DNA of 64,000 nt from Pseudomonadota bacterium (lineage in GTDB: Bacteria > Myxococcota > JACRCW01 > JAFGSX01), in assembly GCA_043821645.1 (NCBI GenBank), contig JBDRCO010000003.1:224001-288000 (forward strand). Direction: 5' to 3'. Both the position numbers and the translations under genes were made by a program. The notes beneath the pieces were generated by a model. The model ran no database searches. It worked only from the letters and a program-made list of their open reading frames with translations, and had not been told where the DNA came from. Positions 60,449-64,000 of the stretch are shown here, piece by piece (positions within the stretch are counted from its first letter, which is position 1; each line of letters begins with the position of its first letter).

Positions 60449-63133
60449 ATGTTCTTCGAGCAGTTCAAGCAGCAGCTTCCTGACGCCGATCCGCTGGAGA
60501 CCAAGGAGTGGGTCGACTCCCTCGACGAGGTGGTGCAGCGCGGTGGCAAGACCCGCGCCCAGTACCTGCTGTACAAGATGCTCAAGCGCGCGCGCATGCT
60601 GCACCTGGACATGCCGCCGACGACGCAGACGCGCTACGTCAACACCATCAGCCCCGAGCAGGAACCGGCCTTTCCCGGAGACGAGGACCTGGAGCGCCGT
60701 ATCCGACGCCTGGTGCGCTGGAACGCGGTCGCCATGGTGCACCGCGCCAATGTGCGCCACGCCGGCCTGGGGGGGCATCTGTCGTCCTACGCCTCGGCAG
60801 CCAGCCTGTACGAGGTCGGCTTCAACCACTTCTTTCGCGGACCCGCCGCCGAGGGTGGGGGTGACCACGTCTATTTTCAGGGCCACTCGGCACCCGGGAT
60901 CTACGCCCGGGCCTTTCTCGAGGGCCGATTGAGCGAGGACCAGCTCGACCACTTCCGTCGCGAGAGTGGTGGTCACGGCCTGTCGAGTTATCCGCACCCG
61001 CGCCTGCTCCCCGATTTCTGGGAGTTTCCCACCGTATCCATGGGGCTGGCGAGCCTCAACGCCATCTATCGCGCACGCTTTTTGCGCTACGTGAACGGCC
61101 GAGGCCTGGCCGACACATCAAGGAGACGGGTCTGGGCCTTTCTTGGTGACGGCGAGATGGACGAGCCCGAGTCCCTGAGTGCCCTGTCCCTGGCTGCCCG
61201 CGAGGGACTGGATAACCTGATCTTCGTCGTCAACTGTAACCTCCAGCGCCTGGACGGCCCGGTGCGCGGCAACGGCAAGATCATCCAGGAACTCGAGAGC
61301 ATCTTCCGCGGCGCGGGCTGGCACGTGCTCAAGGTGCTGTGGGGTCGTGAGTGGGATCCCCTGCTGGCCCAGGACGTCGACGGCGCGCTGGTACACAAGA
61401 TGAACGAGACCCTGGATGGCGACTGGCAGCACTATGCGGTCGAGAGTGGGGCCTACATTCGCGAGAACTTCTTCGGTCCGGATCCGCGCCTGCAACAGCT
61501 CGTGGCCGGGCATTCCGACGACGACCTGGTGCGGCTGCGCCGCGGTGGTCACGACTACCGCAAACTCTACGCGGCCTACAAGGTGGCGGTGGAGCTCGAG
61601 GGCAAACCCGTGGTGATCCTGGCCCAGACCGTCAAGGGCTGGACCCTGGGTGGCGACGTCGAGGGGCGCAACGTCACCCACCAGATCAAGAAGCTCAGTG
61701 AGCAGGAGCTGCGTGTGTTCCGCGACCGCCTGCAGCTTCCCATCCCCGACGACAAGATCCAGCAGGCACCGTATTTTCACCCGGGCCCCGAGAGCGAGGA
61801 GATGCAGTACCTGCTCGAGCGGCGACGCGTGCTCGGAGGCCCCGTCCCGTCGCGCCGGGTGGTGCAGGTTCCGCTGAGCTTGCCCGCAGCGCCGCTGTAC
61901 GCGGAGTTCCAGCAGGGGACTGGCGACAAGCTCGAAGTCTCGACGACCATGGCCGCGGTGCGACTGCTGCGCAAGCTGATGAAGGACCGCGTGCTGGGCC
62001 CCCACATCGTACCCATCATCCCCGACGAGGCGCGGACCTTTGGCATGGATCCGCTGTTCAGCGAGTTCAAGATCTACAGCCCCGTGGGCCAGCGCTACAC
62101 GCCGGTGGACGCCGAATTTCTGATCTCATACCGCGAGGCCAGCGACGGGCAGATCCTGCAGGAGGGCATCAACGAGGCGGGCGGCCTGGCCTCGTTCACG
62201 GCAGCGGGCACCAGCCACAGCAGCCTGGGCGTGCCCATGGTTCCCTTTTTTCTCTTCTACTCCATGTTCGGCTTTCAGCGCGTAGCGGACCTGATCTGGG
62301 CCTTCGCCGATGCCCGCGGACGCGGCTTCCTGCTCGGCGGCACCGCAGGCCGTACCACCCTGAACGGGGAGGGATTGCAGCACCAGGATGGCCACTCCTT
62401 GCTCTTCGCCTCCACCGTTCCCTCCTGTCTGGCCTATGACCCGGCCTTTGCCTACGAGGTCGCGGTCATCGTCGAGGACGGCTTGCGGCGCATGTTCGAG
62501 CACGGCGAGGACGTCTTTTACTACCTGACCCTGTACAACGAAGCGCACACCATGCCGGCCATGCCCGAGGGCAGTCGCGATGGCATCCTCCGGGGGCTGT
62601 ACCGGGTTCAGCCGGGCAGGGGCGACGGCACGCACCGGGTGCAGTTGCTCGGTTCGGGCCCCCTGCTGCGCGAGGCCCTGCGGGCCCAGGCCATCCTCGC
62701 GGACAGGTTCGACGTGACCGCGGACGTGTGGAGCGCGACCTCTTACGGCGAGCTCCGGCGGGACGCCCTGAGCTGCGAGCGCCACAATCGCTTGCAGCCG
62801 AGCACGGCGCCGCGCGTGCCCTTCGTGACACAGCAGCTTCTCGAGACCGCGGGACCTGTGGTGGCCGTCAGCGACAACATCCGCAGCGTGCCCGACCTGA
62901 TCGCGCGCTGGGTCCCCCGGACCTTCGTGACCCTGGGTACCGATGGTTTCGGCCGCTCGGATACCCGCGAGGCCCTGCGTCGCTTCTACGAGGTCGACGC
63001 CGAGCACATCACCCTGGCCGCGCTGTCGGCCCTGGCCCGCGAAGGAAGCCTGCGTGTCGAGACAGTGTCCGAGGCTCTGGCTACACTGGAACTCGACCCG
63101 TCCGTCGAGGACCCGTTCCACTCGACGCGCTAG
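60449..63133 (+). CDS. aceE: Pyruvate dehydrogenase E1 component (homodimeric type)
   Basis: DADPLETKEW, GGHLSSYAS, YFQGHSAPGIYARAF, FPTVSMGL, GDGEMDEPES, NCNLQRLDGPVRGNGKIIQELE, GRTTLNGEGLQHQDG, LGTDGFGRSDTRE. Confidence 0.97.
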   Translation: MFFEQFKQQLPDADPLETKEWVDSLDEVVQRGGKTRAQYLLYKMLKRARMLHLDMPPTTQTRYVNTISPEQEPAFPGDEDLERRIRRLVRWNAVAMVHRANVRHAGLGGHLSSYASAASLYEVGFNHFFRGPAAEGGGDHVYFQGHSAPGIYARAFLEGRLSEDQLDHFRRESGGHGLSSYPHPRLLPDFWEFPTVSMGLASLNAIYRARFLRYVNGRGLADTSRRRVWAFLGDGEMDEPESLSALSLAAREGLDNLIFVVNCNLQRLDGPVRGNGKIIQELESIFRGAGWHVLKVLWGREWDPLLAQDVDGALVHKMNETLDGDWQHYAVESGAYIRENFFGPDPRLQQLVAGHSDDDLVRLRRGGHDYRKLYAAYKVAVELEGKPVVILAQTVKGWTLGGDVEGRNVTHQIKKLSEQELRVFRDRLQLPIPDDKIQQAPYFHPGPESEEMQYLLERRRVLGGPVPSRRVVQVPLSLPAAPLYAEFQQGTGDKLEVSTTMAAVRLLRKLMKDRVLGPHIVPIIPDEARTFGMDPLFSEFKIYSPVGQRYTPVDAEFLISYREASDGQILQEGINEAGGLASFTAAGTSHSSLGVPMVPFFLFYSMFGFQRVADLIWAFADARGRGFLLGGTAGRTTLNGEGLQHQDGHSLLFASTVPSCLAYDPAFAYEVAVIVEDGLRRMFEHGEDVFYYLTLYNEAHTMPAMPEGSRDGILRGLYRVQPGRGDGTHRVQLLGSGPLLREALRAQAILADRFDVTADVWSATSYGELRRDALSCERHNRLQPSTAPRVPFVTQQLLETAGPVVAVSDNIRSVPDLIARWVPRTFVTLGTDGFGRSDTREALRRFYEVDAEHITLAALSALAREGSLRVETVSEALATLELDPSVEDPFHSTR

Positions 63134-63179
63134 CATCGGGAAAAATTTTGCTAGATTGTGGGTCCTGACCGGAGGATCC

Positions 63180-63509
63180 ATGGCCCGCTGCGCGAACTGC
63201 CATCAGCACATTCACTACGGGCGTTACTGGTGGAGCCTGCTCGGCAACGCCGGGCGCAATGCGCGCTCACGACCCAAGATCTCGCCCATCATCACCTGTG
63301 GCCACTGCGGTCAGGACAACCTGCAGCAGGTCAAATTCGTGGCCCTGCAGTTCCTGCTGCTGGTGCTCGGCGTGTTCGTCCTGCTCGTCGAGGCCGGGGA
63401 CGAGCTGCGCGAGCGGCCCTTCTTGATCGCGTACTTCCTGGGCCTGTATCTGGTGGTCGAGTTTCTGTGGTGGACCCTCGTGGCCAGACTCAAGAAACTC
63501 GGCGAGTGA
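63180..63509 (+). CDS. Small membrane protein with two CXXC motifs (Zn-ribbon plus 2 TM)
   Basis: RBS GGAGG; MARCANC...ITCGHCG followed by two hydrophobic helices. Confidence 0.65.
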   Translation: MARCANCHQHIHYGRYWWSLLGNAGRNARSRPKISPIITCGHCGQDNLQQVKFVALQFLLLVLGVFVLLVEAGDELRERPFLIAYFLGLYLVVEFLWWTLVARLKKLGE

Positions 63510-63519
63510 CGACGGACCG

Positions 63520-64000
63520 CTACCAGCGCCAGGGCCGCAGCGGGGCCCAGGCCTCACCGGCAAAGGGTCCAGCTTCCAGCTCGTCCCAGTAGCTGCGATC
63601 CTGCAGGTAGGTGTAGGCAAACAGCACCGTGCCAGGCGCACCCGCCGCGCGGGTGGCCTCAACCTGATTCGTGATCTCGTCGAAGCTCGTGTAATTGGCC
63701 TCGATGCCCGCCAGCACCTGGCGGCCCGGGTTGTTGTCGACGTGGTCGGCGATCAGGGTGGCGAAGTCGAGGCGCTGGCCCAGCGGGTCGGTGAGCGGCC
63801 AGTAAATCATGGGCACGATGGCATCGATGTAGCGGCCCGCGGTCCACGCTCGCGAGTCCTGGTAGTAGTCCACCACACCCTGCGACACCGAGGACCAGCC
63901 CCAGATGTTGCGATAAATCCCCCACACCGCAGCGGACAGCGTGGCCGAGGGTCGCACACCCAGCAGCACCTCGAAGATGTCTCGCACCGTGGCGTTGACC
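63520..64000 (-). CDS. C-terminal part of a glycosyl hydrolase-like 10 (GHL10/DUF187) protein; continues beyond the window
   Basis: LSAAVWG, YYQDSRAW...YIDAIVPMIYW, G.VLFAY. Confidence 0.7.
   Translation of the reverse strand, partial: VNATVRDIFEVLLGVRPSATLSAAVWGIYRNIWGWSSVSQGVVDYYQDSRAWTAGRYIDAIVPMIYWPLTDPLGQRLDFATLIADHVDNNPGRQVLAGIEANYTSFDEITNQVEATRAAGAPGTVLFAYTYLQDRSYWDELEAGPFAGEAWAPLRPWRW

Overview
GC-rich bacterial chromosomal segment. Gene content points to Myxococcota/Deltaproteobacteria (inference): a eukaryotic-like Ser/Thr kinase with FHA partners, many Cys-rich lipoproteins, a TatD-radical SAM fusion and a paralogous DnaK. Housekeeping genes include metG, a RicT/PSP1 protein, dnaK, prmC-dnaG-rpoD-tRNA(CAU)-zinc ribbon, class II nrdJ, glnA and aceE. 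These are interspersed with cell-envelope lipoprotein genes and an apparently acquired surface-glycosylation island (about 51.1-57.8 kb) bounded by gene remnants and an IS3 scar. The best candidate for an undescribed system is a two-gene operon at 36.1-37.9 kb. It encodes an RRE-radical SAM/SPASM enzyme and a 150-aa protein with an EF-hand-like motif and a Ser-rich tail carrying repeated (S/T)GC motifs, a putative new RiPP or protein-modification pair, next to a kinase/FHA/FHA module. Other notable items are a CTAG-flanked MITE, a J-domain/DnaK/acidic-TPR module sharing a domain, a structured GAATCC-rich nrdJ leader, a five-lipoprotein LpoB operon and an unannotated 51-aa ORF. All calls come from motif reading only; no database searches were run.
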